Virus record (IMG/VR): IMGVR_UViG_3300003872_000001
Coordinates: 1-64,000 of that record
Length of the DNA: 64,000 nt
DNA from: a virus
Reading direction: 5' to 3' (one strand)
This document shows, in pieces, positions 9,331 to 19,235 of the stretch (positions are counted from its first letter, which is position 1; the number at the start of each line of letters is the position of its first letter). Under the pieces are notes generated by a model, which was not told the DNA's origin, searched no databases, and was given only the letters and a program-made list of their open reading frames with translations. The position numbers and the translations under genes are program-made.

Positions 9331-10761
9331 ATGAACGATGTTAAAAATATGACAATAGGAGAATCTGTAGGTAAAACTATAGGTAATTTTGATATATTGG
9401 AATCAGTTGGCGGTGGTAAAGTAAGAGCTAAATGTAATTTGTGTGGTAATGAAAATTATACAACTCGTTTCTATAGTATAAAGTCAGGTCATGCTAAAAG
9501 CTGTGGGTGTGTTAAACCAGCTAAATTAAATGTGAATGATCATATAGGTAAGAAATATAATAAACTAACTATACTAGGACCATCTACAGAACGAGATAAG
9601 GACAACAGACCGCTAGTAACAGCTAAATGCGATTGTGGTAATATTAAGAATTTGCGACTATCTGAAATCACTAATGAAAAAGTAAAATCATGTGGTTGTG
9701 GTCATAACAGTACTAATAGTTTAGGCCCTAAAGATGTAATAGGAACTACTATAGGAAATTTTGACATACTAGAAGCAGTTGGTGGCGGTAGAGTAAAAGT
9801 TAAGTGTAATCTATGTGGTAACAAAGAATATGTTACATCACTCTATAAGATACGTTCTGGACATACTAAAAGTTGCGGATGTAAAAAACGTATAGTTAGT
9901 GGTAAACCTTATATCGGTAATACATACAACTGGCTAACTATAATAGATGCCAAAGATGAAAGAGATGAAAATCGCAATCTTCTAGTTACAGCTAAATGTA
10001 AATGCGGTAATGTACGTGATATACCATTGAGTTGGATATTAAGAGGTAAGACTAAATCATGTGGATGTATGGCCAGAAGTAAAGACGGCTATGCGGGAGG
10101 TATACATAAGAGTACATATGATGTATGGCGACAAATGTTAAAAAGATGTATGCAGTCTGGTAAACATGTAACTGATGATCCTAGAATATCATTTGTGAAT
10201 AAAGATGTACCACATGTTCGTTATAATGATTATGGTGCTAGGGGTATAACTGTAGATCCTAAATGGTATGATGTTAAGAAATTTGTAGATTGGTATGAAG
10301 CTAATATTAAAGACGGTGAAACAATGGATAGAATAGATAACGATAAAGGTTACTATTCTGATAATTTAAGATCAGCTACATCTAGTATGCAAAATATGAA
10401 TCAACGTGTTAGGAAAGATAACACATTAGGTTACAAGGGTATAACATATACAGATAGTTCTTATAGATGGGCTATAAAGTTAAATAATAAAACTTACCAA
10501 AGAGAAGGATTTACAACACCTGAGTTAGCATTAGTAGCTAGGAACTTATATATAGTTGAAAACAAGTTACCACATGATATACAAAGTTGTTCATCTTGTA
10601 AAACTATATTGGAATATGATAATAGAATCAATCAGTATGTTTTAGCGGTGATAAAAGATGGTCTTAAACATATAACTATATTTAAGAAAGAAGAGCTTGA
10701 TAATTACAAAAAAGTTCTTGATGGTATGAATAAAATGGAGATTGGTTCTGAGAAAGAATAA
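9331..10761 (+). CDS. Free-standing HNH-type homing endonuclease with four Cys-rich N-terminal repeats and an AP2-like domain
   Basis: 4x KC..CGN...KSCGC; YDVWRQMLKRC..YGARGITV..MDRIDNDKGY..DNLR; NTLGYKGI AP2-like tail. Confidence 0.85.
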   Translation: MNDVKNMTIGESVGKTIGNFDILESVGGGKVRAKCNLCGNENYTTRFYSIKSGHAKSCGCVKPAKLNVNDHIGKKYNKLTILGPSTERDKDNRPLVTAKCDCGNIKNLRLSEITNEKVKSCGCGHNSTNSLGPKDVIGTTIGNFDILEAVGGGRVKVKCNLCGNKEYVTSLYKIRSGHTKSCGCKKRIVSGKPYIGNTYNWLTIIDAKDERDENRNLLVTAKCKCGNVRDIPLSWILRGKTKSCGCMARSKDGYAGGIHKSTYDVWRQMLKRCMQSGKHVTDDPRISFVNKDVPHVRYNDYGARGITVDPKWYDVKKFVDWYEANIKDGETMDRIDNDKGYYSDNLRSATSSMQNMNQRVRKDNTLGYKGITYTDSSYRWAIKLNNKTYQREGFTTPELALVARNLYIVENKLPHDIQSCSSCKTILEYDNRINQYVLAVIKDGLKHITIFKKEELDNYKKVLDGMNKMEIGSEKE

Positions 10762-10780
10762 GTATATAATATTGATATAG
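10742..10780 (+). promoter_or_regulatory. Putative early promoter
   Basis: TTGGTTCT..AGAATAAGTATATAATATTGATATAG upstream of ligase. Confidence 0.6.
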
Positions 10781-10800
10781 AATTAAAGAAAGGAAATGCC

Positions 10801-12753
10801 ATGTCTAAAAAAGACTATTTACAAGCTGTAGAACAACTTAGGAAGTGGGGTTATGCGTATTATGTAAAAGATGAACCTATAGCTTCAGATGATGAGTATG
10901 ATAAACTATATGATAAAGTTAAGATATTTGAGAATCAACATCCTGATGAGGTAGATCCTAAGTCACCTACTTTTAATGTAGGAGGCGTGTCTAAAAGTTT
11001 TAATAGAGCTAGTCATAAGGATCCTATGTGGAGCCAGCTAGATATATTCAATATTGAAGATGCTACTAGGTGGATAACTAAGATAAGGATACAGTATCCG
11101 AATACAAAATTTGTAGCTGAGTTTAAAGGCGATGGATTAAGTTTAAAGTTAACATATAAAGATGGTAAATTAGTGAGAGCTGTAACTAGAGGTGATGGTA
11201 AGATAGGAGATGATGTTACTAATAATGCTATGGTTATAGATAATATACCTAAACGTCTTATGATAGATAATAAGTTGGTGGTGGGTGAAGTAGATGTTAG
11301 CGGTGAGATCATTATGTATAAAAAAGATTTTGATCGTTTGAATGCTAAGCAAGAAAAGCTTGGTATGCCATTATATGCTAATCCTAGAAATGCAGCAGCT
11401 GGTACTTTAAGGAGTTTAGATAGCCGTGTTGTTAGGAATAGGAATTTACATTTTTTAGCATGGGAATTATCTTATGGCGGACCTAATATAAAAAGCGAAT
11501 ATAGTCGTATCATTTGGTTGGGTAATTTAGGATTTACTATTCTTGATACTTATAAATTTGAATCTCCTGAAGATTTTGAAGATATAGCTAAGGATGCATA
11601 TTTTGATAGACCTAATTTAGCATATGGTATAGATGGTTTAGTTATCAAAGTGGATGATGTTACACTGCATAAACAGATTGGTTATACTGCTAAGTACCCT
11701 AAATGGAGCATTGCATATAAATTTCCTGCTGTTGAGAAGACCACTAAGATATTAGATATCATAACACAAGTTGGTAGGTTGGGTACAGTGACCCCTGTAG
11801 CTTTATTAGAGCCAATAGAGATAGATGGTTCTGTGGTCTCTAAAGTTACACTGCATAATTTTAGAGATATTGAAATGAAAGATATTAGAATAGGTGATGA
11901 GGTACTGTTGATAAAAAGTGGTGATATTATACCTAAGATAACTAAAGTCTTTAAAGATAGGAGAACGACTGATATAGTAGTGTATAGACCTCCTACGCAT
12001 TGTGGATGTTGTAATACACAACTTATTAGAGAAGATGTATTCAGGAGATGTCCAAATGAATCATGTCCATGTAGGATAAAAGCTAGTATAACACATTTTG
12101 CAGATAGAGCTCATATGGATATACATGGTTTTGGCGATAGTGTGGTATCAGATTTAGTAGATAAGAATTTTATTAAAACTCCACTAGATATATATAAATT
12201 AACTAAAGAACAACTTATGTCATTAGATGGATTTAGTCATAAGAAAGCTGAAAATTTATTACATGCTATTGAAGCTAGTAAAGGTAAAGAAGAGTATTTA
12301 GTTATAGCATCTATAGGGATACCTAATATTGGTAAGACTGTTATGAAGCAACTAGTTGATAGGTATCCAGAGATGTTATTAGATTTAAGTGCTGATTTGA
12401 TCCTTAGTATTAAGGGTATGGGTGAAACTATAGCTAATAGTTATGTAGTGAATATAAGAAATAAGTATAAAAGTCTTATTGAAGAATTATTGGTAATTAC
12501 ACAAGCTAAGAAATCTATAAAAAAGGAAGGAAAGTTTAAAGATAAAAAGTTCGTTATTACTGGAAAAATGATACCGAATCGAGAAACTGTTAAAAAATAT
12601 ATTGAAGATAACGGAGGAGACGTTAGGAGCAGTGTTAGTAGTGATATAGATTATTTAGTAGTTGGTGAAAAAGCTGGTAGTAAATTAGCAAAAGCTAAAA
12701 AATTAAATATAAATATTATAAAACAAGAACAATTAAACGGAGAAAAAATATGA
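10801..12753 (+). CDS. ligA: NAD-dependent DNA ligase
   Basis: EFKGDG adenylation motif, TRGDG, NPRNAAAGTLR, AYKFPA, QVGRLG, Cys4 zinc finger, HhH and C-terminal BRCT (VGEKAGSKL). Confidence 0.97.
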   Translation: MSKKDYLQAVEQLRKWGYAYYVKDEPIASDDEYDKLYDKVKIFENQHPDEVDPKSPTFNVGGVSKSFNRASHKDPMWSQLDIFNIEDATRWITKIRIQYPNTKFVAEFKGDGLSLKLTYKDGKLVRAVTRGDGKIGDDVTNNAMVIDNIPKRLMIDNKLVVGEVDVSGEIIMYKKDFDRLNAKQEKLGMPLYANPRNAAAGTLRSLDSRVVRNRNLHFLAWELSYGGPNIKSEYSRIIWLGNLGFTILDTYKFESPEDFEDIAKDAYFDRPNLAYGIDGLVIKVDDVTLHKQIGYTAKYPKWSIAYKFPAVEKTTKILDIITQVGRLGTVTPVALLEPIEIDGSVVSKVTLHNFRDIEMKDIRIGDEVLLIKSGDIIPKITKVFKDRRTTDIVVYRPPTHCGCCNTQLIREDVFRRCPNESCPCRIKASITHFADRAHMDIHGFGDSVVSDLVDKNFIKTPLDIYKLTKEQLMSLDGFSHKKAENLLHAIEASKGKEEYLVIASIGIPNIGKTVMKQLVDRYPEMLLDLSADLILSIKGMGETIANSYVVNIRNKYKSLIEELLVITQAKKSIKKEGKFKDKKFVITGKMIPNRETVKKYIEDNGGDVRSSVSSDIDYLVVGEKAGSKLAKAKKLNINIIKQEQLNGEKI

Positions 12754-12974
12754 CCAGAGAAGAAATAGTTGAAAATTTAAATATTGTAAATGCAGCGATG
12801 AGTGCGTGTTCTGAGCGAATGCAAGCAAAACGACAAGAGATCAGTACACACAGTGGAGAGGATACTAGTCACGAAGAAGAGGAATTAATAGATTTACAAG
12901 AGCAGTTCAATATGATCAGTAATGAATCAGAAAAGTTTTCTAATATGTTAATGGATCTAGATAGAGAGTTATAG
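12750..12974 (+). CDS. Small acidic coiled-coil hypothetical protein
   Basis: ATGA overlap with ligA; GGAG RBS. Confidence 0.65.
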   Translation: MTREEIVENLNIVNAAMSACSERMQAKRQEISTHSGEDTSHEEEELIDLQEQFNMISNESEKFSNMLMDLDREL

Positions 12975-12993
12975 CATATGCTATAACTCTCTA
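12962..12993. terminator. 32-bp perfect palindrome, bidirectional terminator
   Basis: TAGAGAGTTATAGCATATGCTATAACTCTCTA spans both convergent stop codons. Confidence 0.7.
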
Positions 12994-14262
12994 ATCTTCT
13001 ACATAATGCTTAAACTTATCATAACGTATTTTAACTTCAAATATAGTACCTTTTTTTATTTTTGTCCAGATTAATTTATCTGTACCATGGTACTTTTCTA
13101 ATATCATTCTATTGATATACATACCGACTCCGCGTTCATAACTTGATACATCAGTTTTAGTAGTGATGTTGATATTGAATATTTTATTTTTAACATAATC
13201 TGGAATACCGTCACCATTATCTATAATTTGAATATATAGATATTTTTCATCTTTATTAGCTAGTTTAAATTCTAATTTAGTACTATGCGCATCAATACTA
13301 TTTTTAATATGATTAATGATGATATTACTAAAAGAACCATTAGTTAAACCTTCATCGTGATAAATAGAATATTTATTAAATTCATCATCAATGACCAGAT
13401 TACTTATAGAATAGTCATTACTTATTTTAACTATATTAATGCTAGATTGTAATAACATATAAACACTTTTATTACCATTACTATTTTCAATACTTTTAAA
13501 ATCACCTATTGGTCTTACAATACCATATACATTATCTAATGCAGTTTCAGCATCTAGAATATCGTCTTTTATTTCACTTAAGCAAGATTGAGTTTTGCTA
13601 AAACAAGTATTTAAACAAGTCGCATTCATAGATATATCTTTATTTAAGATATACTTCATATCGTCTAATAATGACTTAATAACTAATAACGGACTATTGA
13701 GTTCATGATTAATATTAAGTGCTATATTGGTAATTATATCATGCCTTAAATATTCTTCTTTATTATTAATCGAAGATAGATATCCTTTTCTTTCAATAAT
13801 TAATATATGTTCAATAACTAATGTAGTTACTATGAACATCATAATGAAATATAAAAGACTATATAATAATATATATAGATTGTTTTTAATAATAGGAACA
13901 TAAAAATAATATCCATTTACATCTAGTGGAATGTAAATAACATAATGGTCAATAATATAATGTGGGAATTTCCTATAATGTACACTATTATCATATATAT
14001 TAATTAAGTATCCTTGATCTTTACTACCTTGTTTAAATTTGAACATATATTTTGCACCTACTGAGTAACAATACTTATTCATATCAATTTTTTTATCATA
14101 TGTTAATAGTGTATTCAATGTTAGTTCAGTGGTTTTTTCATTAGCATGGAATACTAAAATTATACTTATAATAAATCCAGTAAGGATAAATAGAATGAGT
14201 AAACTACTATATGTTAATGGAACTTTATATTTACGTATAAGATGTCTATAATAAAGCTTCAT
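12991..14262 (-). CDS. Membrane sensor histidine kinase
   Basis: Two hydrophobic TM segments; H-box NINHELNSPL, N-box NHIKNSIDA, G1 DNGDGIP, F-box IFNINITTK, G2 RGVGM. Confidence 0.93.
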   Translation of the reverse strand: MKLYYRHLIRKYKVPLTYSSLLILFILTGFIISIILVFHANEKTTELTLNTLLTYDKKIDMNKYCYSVGAKYMFKFKQGSKDQGYLINIYDNSVHYRKFPHYIIDHYVIYIPLDVNGYYFYVPIIKNNLYILLYSLLYFIMMFIVTTLVIEHILIIERKGYLSSINNKEEYLRHDIITNIALNINHELNSPLLVIKSLLDDMKYILNKDISMNATCLNTCFSKTQSCLSEIKDDILDAETALDNVYGIVRPIGDFKSIENSNGNKSVYMLLQSSINIVKISNDYSISNLVIDDEFNKYSIYHDEGLTNGSFSNIIINHIKNSIDAHSTKLEFKLANKDEKYLYIQIIDNGDGIPDYVKNKIFNINITTKTDVSSYERGVGMYINRMILEKYHGTDKLIWTKIKKGTIFEVKIRYDKFKHYVED

Positions 14263-14812
14263 AGCGTGTCCCCTTAAAAAGATCTTTTAGTAATCCAATA
14301 TTAGTGCTTATTGGAGTATCTTTATAAACTACATGGTCTATAAGATCATCATCACTTATTTCATTATAGCATTTATAAAGCCCGCTAGCTGTGTCCCTAG
14401 ACAGCACATGCCCGGTGATGAATAGATATATTAAATCATGATTAATCTTATGTAGAATATTAGTCAAAATGATACCATTAAAGCCATGTAAAGAGTTGTC
14501 GCTACTTACATAATTACTACCATAAGTAATATCAGCTATAACAATATCGATACTTAAACCATCATTTATATATAGTTCTTTAACTATATCTATGCCGGCA
14601 GTATTACCACCTGAGTATACTATATTAAAATGTTTATCAACATTGTAGCGGATTATCAATTTTTTAAATAATTTAATTATGGAGTTGTAATCATCCACAA
14701 TCAATATAGTAGGTTTATCTTTATCGTAGTTAGATGGTAACTTTGCAGGAGTTACAGTTTTTAGGAAATCAGGCGATATAACATTCTCAATTATATATTG
14801 TGTATTTTTCAT
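14246..14812 (-). CDS. Stand-alone response regulator receiver (CheY-like) protein
   Basis: ILIVDD, IDIVIAD (phosphoacceptor Asp), FNG, FITG, VVYK; no output domain. Confidence 0.88.
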   Translation of the reverse strand: MKNTQYIIENVISPDFLKTVTPAKLPSNYDKDKPTILIVDDYNSIIKLFKKLIIRYNVDKHFNIVYSGGNTAGIDIVKELYINDGLSIDIVIADITYGSNYVSSDNSLHGFNGIILTNILHKINHDLIYLFITGHVLSRDTASGLYKCYNEISDDDLIDHVVYKDTPISTNIGLLKDLFKGTRYEALL

Positions 14813-14814
14813 TA

Positions 14815-15393
14815 TTATCTTTCTCCTTTTCCGGTATGTATATTTAAATTTTTAGCTACAGTAGAAACTGTTTTATCAGTAGCTACTAGTGCGCTATTAT
14901 CTACTTCATGTATAGTAGACAGCACTAATATTAATATCAGTATCCACATGATCGAATTCGAGACTGCACCACTTGGCACGATGTTAGGTAGTAGGGTATC
15001 TTTTATAAAACTTTTACTAGATGCAGTATCAGCATCAGTTGTTTTTTCCGTTTCTATATTAAATGTTTTGATTATACTTTCTACATGTTTAACACTAAGT
15101 AATATATGATCTAATATTTTTATCATTTCACCGTCTTGTATCTTTGTTGTGGTAATCTTCTGTGTTTCCATATTGCTTAATATTAATGTAAGATATTCTA
15201 TTGCATTTTGCATATTGTTATCTTCAAATTCTAAATTATCTAGATTATTTATTAATTTATCGTTTATATTATTTTTAGAATTATCTTCAGTTATAGAATT
15301 GATGGCATGTTTTAGTCTAGTTTTATCTTCAAGTACTTTTTCTATTAGATCTTCTAAAGAATTAATTAATATATGGTTTATATCGTCAGTCAT
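14815..15393 (-). CDS. Coiled-coil protein with a C-proximal TM helix, first gene of the two-component operon
   Basis: Helical N-terminus; IMWILILILVLSTI; AAGGGG RBS; 2-nt gap to next gene. Confidence 0.7.
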   Translation of the reverse strand: MTDDINHILINSLEDLIEKVLEDKTRLKHAINSITEDNSKNNINDKLINNLDNLEFEDNNMQNAIEYLTLILSNMETQKITTTKIQDGEMIKILDHILLSVKHVESIIKTFNIETEKTTDADTASSKSFIKDTLLPNIVPSGAVSNSIMWILILILVLSTIHEVDNSALVATDKTVSTVAKNLNIHTGKGER

Positions 15394-15417
15394 AGTAGCC
15401 CCTTAAATAAGTTCAGT

Positions 15418-15427
15418 ATCAAGAAAA
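15418..15427 (-). promoter_or_regulatory. Putative late-class promoter motif TTTTCTTGAT
   Basis: Identical 10-mer at 19196-19205; similar motifs 20-40 nt upstream of several structural genes. Confidence 0.45.
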
Positions 15428-15459
15428 TAGTGACATATAATATATGTATAGATCCCTAA

Positions 15460-15499
15460 TTGACTTTGCGCTAAAGTCAAATATATAATATTAAAATAG
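15460..15499 (+). promoter_or_regulatory. Putative early promoter
   Basis: TTGACTTT-GCGCT-AAAGTCAA perfect inverted repeat followed by ATATATAATATTAAAATAG. Confidence 0.7.
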
Positions 15500-15567
15500 A
15501 AGCGTAGAAAAATCATATATGTTACTATATAATGATGTGACGTGTATACAATAATTAAGGATTTCAA

Positions 15568-17616
15568 ATGAGTACTAAAATACAAGCGATACCAGTAAGA
15601 GAGTTTTTAAAATTAGAACCACAAGAATTATTAAGTGGATTGAAGTCTTCTAAGGTAGTTCTTTTTGAAGATAATGTTATAGCAACTATGAGCGCAAATG
15701 AAGTAGTTGTTAATAGATATTTATGGGAAGTTTACAACTTAATACCAGAATTACCATTAGTGTCTAAATATAATATTACTAACTATTATACAAATGGAAT
15801 CTTTTCTTCTAAGAGTATTAATAAATTATTTGCAGTTATACTAGAAGACATGTTTAAAAAGATACTCATACCGTCTAAGGACACATCTTATAAAAGTCTT
15901 ATTTATAAACAAATGTACATCATTAACAACAGGATATATAATGAAATAGTTTATGCTAACTTGCATTATGCATCAAGTATAAATATATTGGATTTATTAG
16001 ATATACAACTTAATACTAAATTGATTACAGCTATGCAACATGTAGCAGAAGTAGAAACACCTGAGTCTATAGAAGAAACTTATAGAATCTTAGATGAAAT
16101 AATGTATGATGATGAGACTGTACGGAAAAGTACAGTAGCTAGGAGTTATGTATCTGGACAGATAAATACAAATCAAGCTAAACAAGTATTAGCCTCCAGA
16201 GGATTTGTAGCTGAGATAGATGGTAGTATTTTCTCTAAACCTATAGCAGCTTCATATACATTGGGTCTTACTAATATGTATGATGTCGGGGTAGAGTCTA
16301 GACCTGCGTCTAAAGCACTTTTTCTAGCAGATAGGGCTATTCAAGATAGTGAGTATTTTTCTAGAGAATTACAATTAGTTTGTATGGAAGTAGAAAGCAT
16401 CGTGGAAGGAGACTGTGGCAATACGACATTGACTGAATGGAGAGTTAGAAGTGCTGATGAAACAATTTCTGGTAAATCTGATCTTAATAACCTTATAGGT
16501 AAACATTTCTTAGATGAAAATACTAACCAAATGAGTATTATTACGAAAGATATGACAGATCTAATAGGAAAGACAATAAAAATAAGATCAGTTATCCATT
16601 GTAAACATCGTAATAAACATAAAGTTTGTTCTGCTTGTTTTGGAGAATTAACACATAGTCTTTTTAAACATACCAACCTAGGTCATATAGCGGCAGGTAC
16701 ACTAACTCAAAAATTAACTCAATCGATCTTATCTACTAAACACCTAACTGGAAGTGCACACGGTGGTACTATCTCGTTAGATGCAATGGCTGCTAGATTC
16801 TTTGTAGTTAAGAATAAAGATGGTTATGCATTTAAACAGGGAATAATTAATAAAGATGTTAAGGTAAATATGATCATAAATCAAACTGATGTATTTGGGT
16901 TTAAACAGTTAATGTCAGGAACAGATATGACTAAATTAGATCCATCTAGAATATCTAGAATATCTAGTATAGTCTTAAGTATAGAACGTAAAGGTAAGAT
17001 AGAATATTTTCCTATCATTATCAAAGATGGTAATAAATATGGAAGCTTTACGTATAAGTTCTTAGAGTATATTATAAAAACTGGGTATGATGTAGATAAC
17101 CAAGATAGATATGTTATCAATTTAGATAAATGGAAATCTAATGTACCTATATTGAAACTTCCACAGATTGAATTTAGTTTCATAGTTCTAGCTAACAAGA
17201 TTAAATCCATGCTTAAAAGTATGAAGGTTGTTAAAGGTACATATAGTCTAGAGACACAAGAAAGTTTACTACAAAAATTATTCGATACAATCAATAGTAA
17301 ATTAGATATAAATATCGCACTTTTAGAGATTATAGTTTATGCATTTACAATCAGTAGTATAGTTGAAAGAGATTATACTTTAGGTAGATTTTCTGAAGAT
17401 AAACAATTGGCGGGTATCATGGATTGTGTGAGTAATAGAAGCCTAGGCTCAGGCTATGCATATCAACGCGTTCCTAAACAAATCTTAGACCCACACTCAT
17501 TTTCTAAAAGAAAACGATCAGATCATCTACTAGATGTAGTAGTTAAACCAAATGAAACATTATTAGATTACTATGGAGGTCTCACTAATACAGAAATAGT
17601 ACCTAAACATATTTAA
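15568..17616 (+). CDS. rpoC: Non-virion RNA polymerase beta-prime subunit, C-terminal part (phiKZ gp74-like)
   Basis: ASRGF, SEYFSRELQL, GDCG..IRSVIHC..VCSACFG zinc site, TQSILSTKH trigger-loop-like motif. Confidence 0.92.
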   Translation: MSTKIQAIPVREFLKLEPQELLSGLKSSKVVLFEDNVIATMSANEVVVNRYLWEVYNLIPELPLVSKYNITNYYTNGIFSSKSINKLFAVILEDMFKKILIPSKDTSYKSLIYKQMYIINNRIYNEIVYANLHYASSINILDLLDIQLNTKLITAMQHVAEVETPESIEETYRILDEIMYDDETVRKSTVARSYVSGQINTNQAKQVLASRGFVAEIDGSIFSKPIAASYTLGLTNMYDVGVESRPASKALFLADRAIQDSEYFSRELQLVCMEVESIVEGDCGNTTLTEWRVRSADETISGKSDLNNLIGKHFLDENTNQMSIITKDMTDLIGKTIKIRSVIHCKHRNKHKVCSACFGELTHSLFKHTNLGHIAAGTLTQKLTQSILSTKHLTGSAHGGTISLDAMAARFFVVKNKDGYAFKQGIINKDVKVNMIINQTDVFGFKQLMSGTDMTKLDPSRISRISSIVLSIERKGKIEYFPIIIKDGNKYGSFTYKFLEYIIKTGYDVDNQDRYVINLDKWKSNVPILKLPQIEFSFIVLANKIKSMLKSMKVVKGTYSLETQESLLQKLFDTINSKLDINIALLEIIVYAFTISSIVERDYTLGRFSEDKQLAGIMDCVSNRSLGSGYAYQRVPKQILDPHSFSKRKRSDHLLDVVVKPNETLLDYYGGLTNTEIVPKHI

Positions 17617-17633
17617 AAAATAAGGAGTAAGTT

Positions 17634-19163
17634 ATGCGTTTGAAAATAACTATATATAATTTATATTATACCTTAGAGCCAAAGGATGTAATATCACAGT
17701 CAGCTATTGATTATGCATTAACTAAACTTAGTACTTATAGTTGGGTATATGATTATAGGCTAAAAAGAAACACTAAGGTACTAGATAAAATATATGCATC
17801 TATTGTTAAATATAACAATAGCTATAGATTCAATATCAATACTTTAAAAGATATGATGTCACTCCTTGCTAATAAAGGTTTAGTAAAAGAAGATATACAT
17901 ATAAGTATAGATAAAGATTATGATATAGCTGCTATTGATGGTGTGTTTAATCCTGAAATAAAATTAAGACCACACCAAGTTAAGTGTGATGAAATCTTAG
18001 TTAAAGATACTAAAGAAAAATTTCAATTAGTGGATTTACCGCCAGGTAAAGGTAAAACCATTATTGCATTGCATGCGATTATGCGCTTAAATAGAAGAAC
18101 ATTGATATTGATTCTTCCTAGGTACATTGAAAAATGGATAAGCGATATAAAATTTGGTACAGATACTAAAGAATATGAAATTTATGTAATACGAGGGCGA
18201 AAGGGCGTATGCGATTTAGTAGATGAAGTTAGAGAAACTGGTATAATGGATTTACCATATAAGTTTATTATCATAGGTACTAATACTATGTATAATTATA
18301 TAAAAGATTTTGAAAACAACTATGGTACTGATGAGTATAAGTATAATTCTACACCTGATCTTTTAACTAGAGAATTAGGTATCGGTACAGTACTTAATGA
18401 TGAAGCACATCAACAGTTCCATAGTGTGTATAAAAGTTTATTATATTTAGATGCTAAACAACTTATAGCTTTATCAGCTACATTGATAAATAAAGATCCT
18501 GGTATTTCTAAAATGTATAATACCATGTTTCCAGGTGATAGTAGAATATCCAATCTTGTTGGTATAGATAGATATGTGGATATATATGCTATCATGTATA
18601 AACTTAGGAATCCCAAAAGAGTGCAGTATAGAAGACAACAAGGTTATAATCATAATCTTTATGAGAGTTCTATGTTTAGACGTTCCAGTTTATTAAGAGA
18701 TTATGTTAATATGATTTTACATTATTTAAAAGTAGGTCATATAGATAGAGCTAAGAAAGGCGAGAAATGTTTAATTTTTGTAGCATCTATTAATATGGCA
18801 ACATTATTAACTAATACTATTAAAAGAAAATATCCTGGATATGATGTTAGGAGATATGTTGAAGATGATCCATATGAAAATATTATGGATGGTGAGATAA
18901 CAATAAGTACGATCGGCAGTAGCGGTACCGCTGTGGACATACCTGATCTCATAACTGTTATCCAAACAGTATCTATAAGATCTGTACAAGCCATAAGACA
19001 AAATTTTGGTAGGCTTAGAGATATAGGTAAAGAGGTTAGATATTATCAATTTTTTACTAACAATATACCTAATCAGTCTGTAGCATTTAAAGAAAGCAAA
19101 AGTATATTAGGCCGATTAGCTAAAAGTTATCAGCATAGTGTGTATAATAGAGTACTAGGGTGA
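17634..19163 (+). CDS. SF2 DExH helicase (phiKZ gp75-like)
   Basis: LRPHQ, PPGKGKT, DEAH, LSAT, GTAVDIPDL, QNFGRLR. Confidence 0.92.
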   Translation: MRLKITIYNLYYTLEPKDVISQSAIDYALTKLSTYSWVYDYRLKRNTKVLDKIYASIVKYNNSYRFNINTLKDMMSLLANKGLVKEDIHISIDKDYDIAAIDGVFNPEIKLRPHQVKCDEILVKDTKEKFQLVDLPPGKGKTIIALHAIMRLNRRTLILILPRYIEKWISDIKFGTDTKEYEIYVIRGRKGVCDLVDEVRETGIMDLPYKFIIIGTNTMYNYIKDFENNYGTDEYKYNSTPDLLTRELGIGTVLNDEAHQQFHSVYKSLLYLDAKQLIALSATLINKDPGISKMYNTMFPGDSRISNLVGIDRYVDIYAIMYKLRNPKRVQYRRQQGYNHNLYESSMFRRSSLLRDYVNMILHYLKVGHIDRAKKGEKCLIFVASINMATLLTNTIKRKYPGYDVRRYVEDDPYENIMDGEITISTIGSSGTAVDIPDLITVIQTVSIRSVQAIRQNFGRLRDIGKEVRYYQFFTNNIPNQSVAFKESKSILGRLAKSYQHSVYNRVLG

Positions 19164-19200
19164 GAACTATAGCAAGATGCTATAGTTCTTTTTCTTTTTC
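19163..19200 (+). terminator. Intrinsic terminator
   Basis: AGAACTATAGCA-AGA-TGCTATAGTTCT plus T-tract. Confidence 0.75.
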
Positions 19201-19235
19201 TTGATTATGCATTAATTAAAAAATAAGGATACAAT

